Assembly (NCBI GenBank): GCA_963798915.1
Contig: CAWCVB010000006.1
Location: 32,001-96,000 of the forward strand
Length of the DNA: 64,000 nt
DNA from: an uncultured Gemmatimonadales bacterium
Lineage (GTDB): Bacteria > Gemmatimonadota > Gemmatimonadetes > Gemmatimonadales > GWC2-71-9
Reading direction: 5' to 3'
Shown here: in pieces, positions 20,333 through 30,160 of the stretch
How the letters are laid out: every line of letters begins with the position of its first letter
Position numbering within the stretch: position 1 is the first letter of the stretch
Translations under genes and position numbers: made by a program
Notes under the pieces: generated by a model
The model's database searches: none
What the model saw: only the letters and a program-made list of their open reading frames with translations
Told to the model about the DNA's origin: nothing

Positions 20333-21337
20333 AGGGCCCGCCCCGTCCCTTTGCCCGCATCGCCGGCCTTGGCGTCGCCGTGCCCGAGCGCGTCGTTCCC
20401 AACAGCTGGTTCGAGGAGCGGCTCGACACGTCCGACCAGTGGATTGTGGACCGTACCGGCATCCGGGAGCGGCATTTTGCCGGCCCGGCCGATACGGTAG
20501 CGAGCCTCTCCGCTACCGCGGCAGCTGGCGCCCTCGAGCGGGCCGGGCTCACGCCCGCGCAGCTGGACGCCATCGTTCTGGGCACGGCAACGCCGGACCG
20601 CCTGCTGCCCGCCACGGCCTGTGACCTGCAGGCCCTCATCGGCGCCACCAACGCCTTCGCGCTCGATATCGATGCGGCCTGTCCGGGCTTTCTCTTTGCG
20701 CTGTCCATGGCCGAGGGCCTCATCGCTGCCGGGCAAGGCGACAACATTCTCGTCCTGGGTGCGGAAAAGCTGACGGCCATTACTGACTTTGAGGACCGCG
20801 GGACGGCCGTGCTCTTCGGAGACGGGGCCGGCGCCGTGGTCTTGACGCGCACGGTTCCCGATGGGCCGGCACCGCGGGGGATTCTTTCCTCGTTTCTCAA
20901 GTCGGACGGTCGCCTTGCGGACCTGCTGTATCGGCCGGGCGGAGGGTCCCTGCAGCCGATCAGCCATGAAGTGGTGACCGAGCGTTCCCAGTTCATGAAG
21001 ATGCAGGGGCGCGAGGTCTTCAAGGCCGCGGTGCGGGCCATGGCCGAGGCCTGCGACGAGGCGCTGCAGCGTGCCGGCGTCACCGGCGACGACATTGATC
21101 TCCTCGTGCCCCATCAGGCCAACCTTCGCATCATCGACGCGACGGCGCGGCATGCGGGCGTGCCGATGAACAAGGTGATGGTCAATGTCGAGAAGTATGG
21201 CAATACCTCGTCGGCGTCGATCCCGCTGGCACTGGCCCAGGCCGGAAGCCGAGCAGCGTATACGCCCCGGTTCGCTGGTGCTGCTGGTGGCGTTTGGCGC
21301 CGGCTTCACCTGGGCGAGTTCGGTCGTCCGGTGGTAA
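20329..21337 (+). CDS. fabH: beta-ketoacyl-ACP synthase III, with a +1 frameshift near 21244
   Basis: AACPGF, FGDGAGA, PHQAN, GNTSSAS; the normal C-terminus ([28 protein letters not shown]) lies in a shifted frame ending at TAA 21335-21337. Confidence 0.92.
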
Positions 21338-22272
21338 CTGTGGTCATCTGCCCGGGGCAGGGCTCCCAGAAGGTGGGCATGGGGCGTGAGCTGGCCGACG
21401 CCTTTCCGGCCGCGCGCGAGGTCTTCGAACGGGTGGACGATGCGCTTGACGCGCATCTCACGCGCGTCATGTGGGACGGCCCCGAGGAGGAGCTGACCCT
21501 CACGCACAATGCCCAGCCGGCGATCCTCGCGCATTCAATCGCGGCACTCGCAGCCGCAGGCGAGCTGGTGGGCACGGTGGCACTGGCGGCCGGTCACAGT
21601 CTGGGCGAGTACTCCGCCTATGTCGCGGCCAGGTCGCTGAGCATCGAAGATGCCGCCCGATTGGTTCGGCGCCGCGGCGAGCTCATGTTCCAGGCGGGAC
21701 AGGCACGCCCGGGTGCCATGGCGGCTGTGCTTGGTCTTGCCACCGCCGAAGTGGCGTCGGCCTGCGCCGAGTCGAGCGACGGCGCGGGCGTTGCTGTCGC
21801 GGCCAACCAGAACGCCCCTGACCAGACTGTCATCTCAGGAGACCCGGAGGCGGTGGAGCGGGCCAGCGCCCGCTGCCGGGATGCCGGCGCCAAGCGGGTC
21901 ATTCCCCTCAAGGTGAGCGGCGCGTTTCATTCGCCGCTCATGGAGCCCGCAGTGGCCGGGCTGGCCGCGGCACTGGGCGAGACCGACTTCAAGGAGCCCG
22001 CCTTTCCTGTCGTGGCCAACGCGACGGCGACGCCCGTCCGCACCGCGGCGGAGGCGCGCCAGCGGCTCGTCGAGCAGCTCACGGCGCCGGTCCGATGGGT
22101 GGCCAGCGTAGAGACACTGGCCCATGAGGCTCCGGGAGCGCGCTTCATCGAAGCGGGACCCGGCGCTGTGCTCTCGGGGCTGGTGCGCCGGATCATCCCC
22201 GGTTGTGAGACGCTGACGCTCGGCACGCCTGACGATGTCAGCCGACTCTCCGCGCCAACGGAGGGCTCCTGA
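21331..22272 (+). CDS. fabD: malonyl-CoA:ACP transacylase
   Basis: [31 protein letters not shown] start overlaps the natural fabH stop. Confidence 0.94.
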   Translation: MVTVVICPGQGSQKVGMGRELADAFPAAREVFERVDDALDAHLTRVMWDGPEEELTLTHNAQPAILAHSIAALAAAGELVGTVALAAGHSLGEYSAYVAARSLSIEDAARLVRRRGELMFQAGQARPGAMAAVLGLATAEVASACAESSDGAGVAVAANQNAPDQTVISGDPEAVERASARCRDAGAKRVIPLKVSGAFHSPLMEPAVAGLAAALGETDFKEPAFPVVANATATPVRTAAEARQRLVEQLTAPVRWVASVETLAHEAPGARFIEAGPGAVLSGLVRRIIPGCETLTLGTPDDVSRLSAPTEGS

Positions 22273-23021
22273 TGGGCACTGCGCCGCAGATGGACCTGAG
22301 CGGCCAGGGCGCCCTGGTGACGGGCGGGAGCCGCGGGATCGGGCTGGCCATTGCCCGCTCGCTCGCCTCTGCCGGTGCCAGAGTGGCCATCGCCGCGCGC
22401 GACCTGGAGCGAGCCAGCGCGGCGGCCGCCGATCTCGGGCGCGGCACCGTGGCCGTCGGCTGCGACGTCGCCAACGAGGGCCAGGTCGAGAAAGCCATCC
22501 GGGAGGCGGAAGCGGGAATCGGAAGCATCGATATTCTGGTCAACAACGCGGGGCTGACCCGGGACAACATCCTCATGCGGCTGGGCGATGACGACTGGGA
22601 CGCGGTGCTCGACGCCAATCTCAAGGGCGCCTTTCACACGACGCGTGCCTGCATCAAGGCCATGATGAAGCGCCGCCGGGGGCGCATCATCAACATTACG
22701 AGTGTGGTCGGGTTGACCGGCAACAAGGGGCAGGCCAATTACGCGGCGAGCAAGGCCGGACTGATCGGGTTCACCAAGTCGGTGGCGCGGGAGTACGCCA
22801 GCCGCGGTATCACCGCCAATTGTGTGGCCCCCGGTTACATCACCACCGACATGACGGATGCCTTGCCCGATGGGGCACGGAAGGCGTTATTAGACAGCAT
22901 CGCGCTCGGGCGGCTCGGCAGCCCCGATGACGTGGCCGGGGCGGTCCTGTTTCTGGCCTCGGAGCTGGCGAGCTACATCACGGGGCAGGTGCTCGTGGTG
23001 GACGGCGGCATGGTCATGTGA
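22272..23021 (+). CDS. fabG: 3-oxoacyl-ACP reductase
   Basis: TGGSRGIG, NNAGLTRD, YAASK. Confidence 0.96.
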   Translation: MGTAPQMDLSGQGALVTGGSRGIGLAIARSLASAGARVAIAARDLERASAAAADLGRGTVAVGCDVANEGQVEKAIREAEAGIGSIDILVNNAGLTRDNILMRLGDDDWDAVLDANLKGAFHTTRACIKAMMKRRRGRIINITSVVGLTGNKGQANYAASKAGLIGFTKSVAREYASRGITANCVAPGYITTDMTDALPDGARKALLDSIALGRLGSPDDVAGAVLFLASELASYITGQVLVVDGGMVM

Positions 23022-23051
23022 GCGGGCTCTCAATCCTAACACGAGGAAGAC

Positions 23052-23291
23052 ATGGACAACCTTGAAGAGAAGGTCAAGGATATCATCGTGGAGGAGCTCG
23101 GTGTCGAGCGTGAAAAGCTCACGTCCGAAGCCAGCTTCATGGAGGATCTGGGTGCGGACAGTCTGGATACCGTGGAGCTCGTGATGGCGTTCGAGAAGGA
23201 GTTCGACATCGACATTCCGGACGAGGACGCGGAAAAGATGCGCACCGTCGGCGATGCCATGAACTACCTGCATTCCAAGATCGGAAAGTAG
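23052..23291 (+). CDS. acpP: acyl carrier protein
   Basis: [12 protein letters not shown] phosphopantetheine site; 79 aa, acidic. Confidence 0.98.
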   Translation: MDNLEEKVKDIIVEELGVEREKLTSEASFMEDLGADSLDTVELVMAFEKEFDIDIPDEDAEKMRTVGDAMNYLHSKIGK

Positions 23292-23295
23292 GCCG

Positions 23296-24534
23296 TTGGC
23301 CCGCCGCGTCGTCGTCACCGGCATGGGGCTGGTGACCCCTGTCGGCAGCGATACCGAGTCGTCATGGAGCGCCCTGCTTGCAGGGCGCTCTGGTGCTGGC
23401 CCCATCACCAAGTTCGATGCTTCCCGGCTGTCCGTTCGCTTTGCGTGCGAGGTCAAGGACTTCGATCCGCTTCAGTACATCGATCGGAAGGAAGCCCGGC
23501 GCTACGACCTCTTCGCCCAGTTCGCCCTCGGCGCTGCCGCACAGGCGGTGCACCAGGCCGGCCTCGAGGGCGGCTTTCCCGCGCCCGAGCGGACCGGCGT
23601 CGTCATTGGCAGCGGCATCGGCGGCATGCAGACCTACGAGGACAATTGCCGGGCCTTCATCGAGCAGGGGCCCGACCGGGTCTCGCCGTTCTTCGTGCCC
23701 ATGTTCATCCCCGACATCGCCGCCGGACTGGTCTCCATCCGGTATGGCTTGCGGGGGCCAAACTTCGCCACCGTTTCCGCCTGCGCATCCTCGGCCCACG
23801 CCATCGGCGAGTCGTTGCGCATCATCCAGGCGGGACGGGCTGACTGCATGGTCACCGGTGGGTCAGAGGCGGCAATCACCGGCCTCACAGTGGCGGCATT
23901 CGCCAACATGAAGGCCCTGTCACCCCGGAACGACGACCCGGCGACAGCAAGTCGCCCCTTCGATCTGCACCGCGACGGCTTTGTGCTCGGCGATGGCGGA
24001 GGCGTGGTCGTGCTGGAAAGCCTGGAGCACGCCGAGGCGCGGGGAGCCACCGTCCTCGGCGAGGTCGCCGGGTATGGCGCCAGCGCCGATGCCTTCCACA
24101 TCACCTCTCCGCCCGAGTCGGGTGAGGGCGCCCAACTCGCCCTGCGGGCCTGCCTCGAGGACGGCGGTATCGCGCCCGAGGACGTGGGCTACATCAACGC
24201 GCACGGCACGTCCACGCCCGTGGGTGATGCGGCGGAGACGCGCGCGGTGAAGGCGGTATTTGGCGACCGGGCCAGGGACCTCGTGTTCGGTTCGACCAAG
24301 TCCATGACGGGCCACCTGCTGGGGGGCGCCGGCGCGCTGGAGTTCTGCGTGGCGCTGCTCAGCGTGATCCATGGCAAGATCCCGCCCACCATCAACCAGA
24401 TCACCCCGGACCCAGCCTGCGACCTGGACTCCGCCCCCAACGTCGCGCGTGAGCGGGAGGTCAAGGTGGCGCTCAGCAACTCGTTCGGCTTTGGTGGGCA
24501 TAACGCGACGCTTGCCGTCAAGCGCTTTACCTGA
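23296..24534 (+). CDS. fabF: beta-ketoacyl-ACP synthase II
   Basis: RRVVVTGMG, SACAS, NAHGTST, KSMTGHLLG, SNSFGFGG. Confidence 0.96.
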   Translation: MARRVVVTGMGLVTPVGSDTESSWSALLAGRSGAGPITKFDASRLSVRFACEVKDFDPLQYIDRKEARRYDLFAQFALGAAAQAVHQAGLEGGFPAPERTGVVIGSGIGGMQTYEDNCRAFIEQGPDRVSPFFVPMFIPDIAAGLVSIRYGLRGPNFATVSACASSAHAIGESLRIIQAGRADCMVTGGSEAAITGLTVAAFANMKALSPRNDDPATASRPFDLHRDGFVLGDGGGVVVLESLEHAEARGATVLGEVAGYGASADAFHITSPPESGEGAQLALRACLEDGGIAPEDVGYINAHGTSTPVGDAAETRAVKAVFGDRARDLVFGSTKSMTGHLLGGAGALEFCVALLSVIHGKIPPTINQITPDPACDLDSAPNVAREREVKVALSNSFGFGGHNATLAVKRFT

Positions 24535-24553
24535 GGCGACAGCCACCGGTCCG

Positions 24554-24589
24554 ACGAAGGCGCGGGCGTTGCTCGCGCCTTCGTTTTTT
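24554..24589 (+). terminator. intrinsic terminator after fabF
   Basis: 14-bp stem ACGAAGGCGCGGGC / GCTCGCGCCTTCGT (one G-U) followed by a T tract. Confidence 0.85.
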
Positions 24590-24648
24590 GCTGCCTGGTC
24601 ATATAGATTGCAGGTCCGTGCCACCCTGAGCTGTGTCAAGGAGAGACG

Positions 24649-25839
24649 ATGGCGGTGGAGCTGGATCGAACCCGCATTTCGGACCCTGCGCTCGAGCCGA
24701 TTGCGGAACAGGTGGAGGCGGGTGAGCGCCTGAGCCTTGACGCCGGCGAGGTGCTCTTCAGCACTCATGACATTCTCGGCCTTGGGACCCTGGCGGACTT
24801 TGCCAACCAGCGGCTCAACGGTGACCGCGTCTTCTTTTCCGCCAACCAGCATATCAACCCGACGAACGTCTGTATCCTGCGCAATACCTGCACCTTCTGC
24901 TCCTTTGCGCGCATGCCCAGGGAGGACGGTCACTACACCCGCACACTCGAGGAAGTGTTCCACGAAGCCGAGCAGGCGCGGGGCGCACCCACGCGTGAAT
25001 TCCACATCGTGGGCGGGTTGCACCCCAAGCTGCGGCTGGCGTACTACACCGACATGCTGCGCGGGCTCAAGGAACGGCATCCCGAGGTCCACATCAAGGC
25101 GCTGACGGCCGTGGAGATTGCCCACCTTGCGCGGATCGAGCGAACCTCGTCCCGAGAGGTGCTCGCGGCGTTGAAGGAGGCGGGCCTCACCAGTCTTCCC
25201 GGTGGCGGGGCAGAGGTCTTCAGCACCGCCGTGCGCGCCACCATCGCCGAGCGCAAGCTGACCGGCGCGGAGTGGATCCGGGTGCACCGCGAGGCACACG
25301 AGCTGGGGATCCCCACCAATTGCACCATGCTCTACGGGCATGTCGAGTCGCCGCGGGATCGGGTCGAACATCTGGACGCGCTGCGCCGGCTGCAGGATGA
25401 GACCGGCGGCTTCCTGACCTACATCCCGCTCGCTTATCACCCGGACAACAACGAGCTTGGAGAAGAACTGCATCGGGTCGGGACGGCCACGAGTGGTTTC
25501 GAGGATCTCAAGGCGATTGCGGTCGGCCGGCTCTTTCTCGACAACATTCCGCACATCAAGACCCATTGGCCGATGGTCACGCCATTCCTGTCGCAGATCG
25601 GCCTGAGTTTCGGCTGCGACGACGTTGAAGGCACGGTGGTCTTCGAGCGGATTTATCACGACGCCGGTGCCCACACCGATCGGGGGATGGCCTACTATGA
25701 CCTGGTGGAGCTGATTCGCGGTGCGGGCCGCCGGCCGGTCGAGCGCGACAGTCTCTACCATGCCGTGCGGGACAACTTCGATGATCTGGCACCACCGGCG
25801 CGGCCAGCACGTTCGCTGCCGGTCGTGAACGCCGCATGA
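24649..25839 (+). CDS. mqnE: aminofutalosine synthase MqnE (radical SAM)
   Basis: INPTNVCILRNTCTFC, IVGGLHP, TAVEI, PGGGAE, TMLYGHVE, HIKTHW; adjacent to mqnA and mqnC. Confidence 0.9.
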   Translation: MAVELDRTRISDPALEPIAEQVEAGERLSLDAGEVLFSTHDILGLGTLADFANQRLNGDRVFFSANQHINPTNVCILRNTCTFCSFARMPREDGHYTRTLEEVFHEAEQARGAPTREFHIVGGLHPKLRLAYYTDMLRGLKERHPEVHIKALTAVEIAHLARIERTSSREVLAALKEAGLTSLPGGGAEVFSTAVRATIAERKLTGAEWIRVHREAHELGIPTNCTMLYGHVESPRDRVEHLDALRRLQDETGGFLTYIPLAYHPDNNELGEELHRVGTATSGFEDLKAIAVGRLFLDNIPHIKTHWPMVTPFLSQIGLSFGCDDVEGTVVFERIYHDAGAHTDRGMAYYDLVELIRGAGRRPVERDSLYHAVRDNFDDLAPPARPARSLPVVNAA

Positions 25840-26657
25840 AACTGGGCCGGATTCCCTGGATCAATTGCTATCCGGTGTACGGGGCCATGCAACGGGGTGT
25901 CGTCGATCCGGGCGCTACCATGGTCAGTGGCACGGCGAGCGAGCTCAACGACCTGCTGGCGGCCGGGGAGCTGGACGTGAGCGCTGTCTCGGCGGTGGAA
26001 TATGCGCGCAATGCGGCCATGTACCACCTGTTGCCGGACCTCGCCATCACCTGCGACGGCCCGGTCCACAGCGTCGCGCTGTTCAGCCGGCGCCCGGTGA
26101 CGGAGCTCAACGACGCGACCATCCTGGTGAGTGCGTCAAGCCGCACGTCGGTGCTGTTGCTGCAGCTCCTTTGCCGGCACCGATGGAAGATAGAACCACG
26201 GAGCGCGGTGGTCCGCGCCGAGGCAGCCGACCTGTCCAATCTGGCAGCCTTGCCGCACGACGCCGTGCTCGTGATTGGCGACGCAGCGCTCCTGCTGGCC
26301 GCGCAGCAGCGCTATCCCTGCTTCACCGACCTTGGCCAGGCCTGGAAGGAATGGACCGGGCTCCCCTTCGTGTTCGCCGTCTGGGCTGCGCGTCGCGCCG
26401 TCCCCGTGGCCGCCGCGCAGGCACTGCATGGCAGGCTGCTCGCGTCCCGCGCGTGGGGACTCGAGCATCTTGACCTGCTGGCCGCCGAAGCGGCGCAGGA
26501 TACCGGCGTTCCCGAGGCCACGTGCCGGGCCTACTTTGGCGACCTGGACTACGCGCTGTCGTACCGGCACCTGGCCGGCCTGACCGATTTCTTTCGCCGC
26601 CTCGCCCAGGACGGACTGGTGCCCGATGGCTCCCTTTCGTTCATCACCGCAGCCTGA
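25836..26657 (+). CDS. mqnA: chorismate dehydratase MqnA
   Basis: GRIPWINCYP, SRTSVLL, IGDAAL, DLGQAWKEWTGLPFVFAVW. Confidence 0.9.
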   Translation: MKLGRIPWINCYPVYGAMQRGVVDPGATMVSGTASELNDLLAAGELDVSAVSAVEYARNAAMYHLLPDLAITCDGPVHSVALFSRRPVTELNDATILVSASSRTSVLLLQLLCRHRWKIEPRSAVVRAEAADLSNLAALPHDAVLVIGDAALLLAAQQRYPCFTDLGQAWKEWTGLPFVFAVWAARRAVPVAAAQALHGRLLASRAWGLEHLDLLAAEAAQDTGVPEATCRAYFGDLDYALSYRHLAGLTDFFRRLAQDGLVPDGSLSFITAA

Positions 26658-26662
26658 CCGCC

Positions 26663-27727
26663 ATGGATACTGTTGATCGAGCATCATCTGAATTTCGCGA
26701 GCTGCTGGAGCTCTACGAGCGAGCGCCGCTGCTGCACCTGGGACACCTGGCCGACCAGGAGCGCTGGCGCCTGCATCCGGATCCCGTCGTCACCTACATC
26801 GTCGACCGGAACATCAACTACACCAACGTCTGCGTTGCGGATTGCGAATTCTGCGCCTTCTACCGGCGTCCCAAGGACGGGGAAGGTTACGTCCTGAGCT
26901 ACGAGGCAATCGGCGCCAAGATCGACGAGTGCAAGGCGCTCGGCGGTGTCCAGATCCTCATCCAGGGCGGCCACAACCCGTACATTCCGTTCGAGTGGTA
27001 CCTGGACCTGCTCCGCTACATCAAGGCCAACCACCCGATTCACATCCACGGTTTCTCGCCATCTGAAGTGGTCTTCTTCAGCGAGCGCTTCCGCCTGCCG
27101 ATGCCCCAGGTGGTGCGGCAACTTCGCGAGGCCGGGCTCGACAGCATTCCCGGTGGCGGCGGCGAGATTCTCGTGGACGCCATTCGCGAACGGGTGGCCA
27201 GGAAGAAGGCGCAGACGGACGAGTGGCTCGCGGTCCAGGAGGAGGCGCACCGGCAGGGCATGCGAACCTCGGTGACCATGATGTATGGCCTGGGCGAATC
27301 CACGGCCGACCGGCTGGAACACCTGTTCCGGGTGCGGGCAGTGCAGCAGCGGACCGGCGGCTTCACGGCGTTCATCTGCTGGCCCCTGCAGCCCGAAGGG
27401 ACTCCCGGCATGTCGCACATGGAGAAGACCGATGCGGTGACCTACCTGCGTACGCTGGCCATCAGCCGCATCGTGCTGAAGGACGTGCCCAATATCCAGT
27501 CGTCGTGGGTGACGATGGGGCACAAGGTGGGCCAGGTGGCGCTCCGTTTCGGGGCCAATGATTACGGCAGCTTGATGATGGAGGAGAACGTGGTGTCGGC
27601 CGCGGGCACGACCCACCGCACCACGCTGGAGGAGATCGAGCGGCTGATCACCGACGCGGGCTATGCTCCGCGTCGCCGCCGGCAGGACTACTCTCTCATC
27701 GAGGAGCCGGCCGGGGCCGCTGCATGA
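26663..27727 (+). CDS. mqnC: cyclic dehypoxanthine futalosine synthase MqnC (radical SAM)
   Basis: DRNINYTNVCVADCEFCAF, QGGHNP, PGGGGEIL, FGANDYGSLMMEENVV. Confidence 0.92.
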   Translation: MDTVDRASSEFRELLELYERAPLLHLGHLADQERWRLHPDPVVTYIVDRNINYTNVCVADCEFCAFYRRPKDGEGYVLSYEAIGAKIDECKALGGVQILIQGGHNPYIPFEWYLDLLRYIKANHPIHIHGFSPSEVVFFSERFRLPMPQVVRQLREAGLDSIPGGGGEILVDAIRERVARKKAQTDEWLAVQEEAHRQGMRTSVTMMYGLGESTADRLEHLFRVRAVQQRTGGFTAFICWPLQPEGTPGMSHMEKTDAVTYLRTLAISRIVLKDVPNIQSSWVTMGHKVGQVALRFGANDYGSLMMEENVVSAAGTTHRTTLEEIERLITDAGYAPRRRRQDYSLIEEPAGAAA

Positions 27728-28197
27728 GGGTGGGAATTGGATATGACTCCCACCGCTTCGTCGATGGGCGGCCGCTGGTCCTGGCCGGCCAGCGAATTCC
27801 CCACGCTCAAGGGCTGGCAGGGCATTCCGACGCGGACGCCGTCGCCCATGCAGTGACCGACGCGCTCCTGGGCGCCGCCGCGGCCGGGAGCATCGGAGAT
27901 CACTTTCCGGACAGTGATCCACAGTGGGAGAACGCCGATTCCATGGCGCTCCTCGAGCAGACGGTGGCGCTGGTCCGCGAGCGTGGATTCCAGCCGGCAC
28001 AAGCCGACCTCACCATCATCTGCGAGGCGCCCAGGCTCGCGACCCATGCGGCCGCCATGGCGCAGGCGCTGGAGGCCGCCCTCGGCGTCGGGCCCGGTGC
28101 CGTGGGCGTGAAGGCAAAGACCAACGAGGGCATGGGATTCATCGGCAAGGGCGAAGGGCTCGCCGTCATTGCGGTGATTACCGTGGAGGCACCCTGA
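27724..28197 (+). CDS. ispF: 2-C-methyl-D-erythritol 2,4-cyclodiphosphate synthase
   Basis: GIGYDSH, GHSDADAVAHA, KAKTNEGMG. Confidence 0.96.
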   Translation: MRVGIGYDSHRFVDGRPLVLAGQRIPHAQGLAGHSDADAVAHAVTDALLGAAAAGSIGDHFPDSDPQWENADSMALLEQTVALVRERGFQPAQADLTIICEAPRLATHAAAMAQALEAALGVGPGAVGVKAKTNEGMGFIGKGEGLAVIAVITVEAP

Positions 28198-28210
28198 TCT
28201 GATCGAATCG

Positions 28211-29239
28211 ATGCTGAACTGGCTGGCCACCCTTCCGCCGGTCGCCGTCTACGGTGTCCTGGCGCTTCTTGCCGCAGTTGAAAACGTCATCCCACCGGTT
28301 CCCGCCGACACTGCCGTTGCGCTGGGGGCCTTTCTCACCCACCGCGGTGTGACAACGCTGCCACTTGTGTATCTGGTCACGCTCGTGTCCAACGTCGGCG
28401 GTGCCGTTGCCGTTTATCTGATGGCACGCCGCTATGGCCGGCGCCTGTTCGCCACCCGCACGGGCCAGCGGTTGCTGTCCCCGGAGGCCCTTGCGCTCAT
28501 CGAGCGCGAATACCTTCGCTTCGGGGTGCTGGGCATTTTCTTCGGCCGCTTTCTGCCAGGTGTTCGCGCCGTCGTTCCCCCCTTTGCCGGCCTCGCCAAC
28601 CTGGGCGCGGCGCGCGCCATCATACCCATCGCCACCGCATCCGCCATCTGGTACGGCGGAGTTGCGCTGCTCGGCAGCGCCATTGGTGCCGAGTGGAATC
28701 ACATCTCGGCGTTCCTCGGCCAACTCAACCGAACCCTCGCGCTGGTCGCCGTCGGGGTCGTGTGCGTGGTGGCGATCGTGATCTGGCGTGGGCGGAAGCG
28801 GGAGGGAAGGCTTTGGCGGGCGCTCCGACGCGCCATGCCCGGCCGGGACGCGACTGACGGAGCGGCCGCTGGCGCCATGGGCGAGGCTGCGCTCGTGCTG
28901 GTGGAAGTCGCCTACGCAGATGTGTGCCTGACGCCGGAGGAACGGCGGAGCATTGCCGACCACCTTCGGGACCGGTGGCAGCTTCCGCAGATGGATGAAG
29001 TTCCGGTACCCGATGACGCCGAGTTGCGCTCGGTTCGGCATCGCCTTACCGCCCAGTTCGGCCGGGAGCGGCGGCAAGCACTGCTTGAGCGCCTGTGGAC
29101 TGTTGCGCTGGGCGAGCCAGGCACGCGCGACCTGCACGGGCGCGTGCTCCAGAGCGCGGCCCGGCTGCTGGGGCTGTCCTCGTCCGAGATCGCGCAGGTC
29201 GAGCAGCGGGTGCACGCGGCCCAGGAGCCGCCAGCATGA
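28211..29239 (+). CDS. DedA-family membrane protein with C-terminal TerB-like domain
   Basis: ENVIPPVPAD, GRFLPGVR..P.AG DedA motifs; C-terminal AALVLVEVAYADVCLTPEERR...LWTVAL...AARLLGL resembles TerB. Confidence 0.75.
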   Translation: MLNWLATLPPVAVYGVLALLAAVENVIPPVPADTAVALGAFLTHRGVTTLPLVYLVTLVSNVGGAVAVYLMARRYGRRLFATRTGQRLLSPEALALIEREYLRFGVLGIFFGRFLPGVRAVVPPFAGLANLGAARAIIPIATASAIWYGGVALLGSAIGAEWNHISAFLGQLNRTLALVAVGVVCVVAIVIWRGRKREGRLWRALRRAMPGRDATDGAAAGAMGEAALVLVEVAYADVCLTPEERRSIADHLRDRWQLPQMDEVPVPDDAELRSVRHRLTAQFGRERRQALLERLWTVALGEPGTRDLHGRVLQSAARLLGLSSSEIAQVEQRVHAAQEPPA

Positions 29240-30156
29240 ATGCCGATCTGATTCGCGAGCGCGTCGAGCGCGAGTTCCTCATTGAAGGATTCCGCGACTA
29301 CCTGGCGCTCGAGGCCGGCAACAGCCCAAACACGGTCGATGCCTACGCCAGGGACGTCCGGCGCCTCGGCGAGTTCGCCATCAGCAAGGGCGTGTCACAC
29401 CCCGGGACGCTGACGCGCACTCAGCTTCGGGAGCATGTCTTCCTGCTCAAGGATCTCGGCCTGAGTCCCGCGTCCATCCGGCGCGCCATCTCCGCGATTC
29501 GAACCTACTTCGCCTTTCTGGTGGGTGAGGGCGTAAGCCGCACGGACCCGAGCGATCGGCTTGAAGGACCGCAGCGCTGGCGGACGCTGCCCGATACGCT
29601 GAGCGTGAGCGAGATCGACGCTCTGCTCGGCTCGACCCAGGCCGACCAGAAACTCGCCTGGCGGGACCGCGCCTTGCTGGAGCTTGGCTATGGCGCGGGG
29701 CTGCGCGTCTCCGAATTGTGTGGACTCAAGCTCAGCGATCTGATGGTCGCGGATCAGCTGGTCCGGGTCCTGGGGAAGGGATCCAAGGAGCGGCTGGTGC
29801 CCATTGGACGCTCCATCATCGGGGTCGTGTCGGTCTACTTGCACCAGCTCCGGCCGGAACTCGACCGCGGCAAGTCCGAGGGGCGGCTGCTGTTGAACGC
29901 GCGAGGCGGGCCGCTGTCGCGCGTCGGCGCGTGGGGCATCGTCAAGAAGGCTGTCGAACGCGCCGGGCTCAACAAGCGCGTCACTCCGCATACCCTTCGG
30001 CACAGCTTCGCCACACACCTGCTCGAAGGCGGCGCCGACCTGCGCGCTGTCCAGGAAATGCTGGGGCACGCTGATCTCTCCACCACGCAGATCTACACCC
30101 ACGTGGACCGTGAATACCTGCGATCGGTGCACAAGCAATTCCACCCGCGAGGCTGA
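29236..30156 (+). CDS. xerD: site-specific tyrosine recombinase XerD
   Basis: GLRVSE, GKGSKERLVP, HTLRHSFATHLL, LGHADLSTTQIY, HKQFHPR C-terminus. Confidence 0.92.
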   Translation: MNADLIRERVEREFLIEGFRDYLALEAGNSPNTVDAYARDVRRLGEFAISKGVSHPGTLTRTQLREHVFLLKDLGLSPASIRRAISAIRTYFAFLVGEGVSRTDPSDRLEGPQRWRTLPDTLSVSEIDALLGSTQADQKLAWRDRALLELGYGAGLRVSELCGLKLSDLMVADQLVRVLGKGSKERLVPIGRSIIGVVSVYLHQLRPELDRGKSEGRLLLNARGGPLSRVGAWGIVKKAVERAGLNKRVTPHTLRHSFATHLLEGGADLRAVQEMLGHADLSTTQIYTHVDREYLRSVHKQFHPRG

Positions 30157-30160
30157 CCCG

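Noticed and set aside
19768..22272. 834-aa ORF read as a novel FabH-FabD megasynthase
   Set aside because: Its N-terminus is an off-frame shadow of plsX, and the fabH-fabD join depends on one extra G; the canonical FabH end is intact in the shifted frame
24649..27727. Two radical SAM genes as a novel biosynthetic cluster
   Set aside because: They match MqnE and MqnC flanking MqnA, the known futalosine menaquinone pathway; mqnB and mqnD are often located elsewhere
29236..30156. Tyrosine recombinase as a phage or island integrase
   Set aside because: Size, HPR C-terminus and housekeeping context fit XerD; no att repeats or cargo genes
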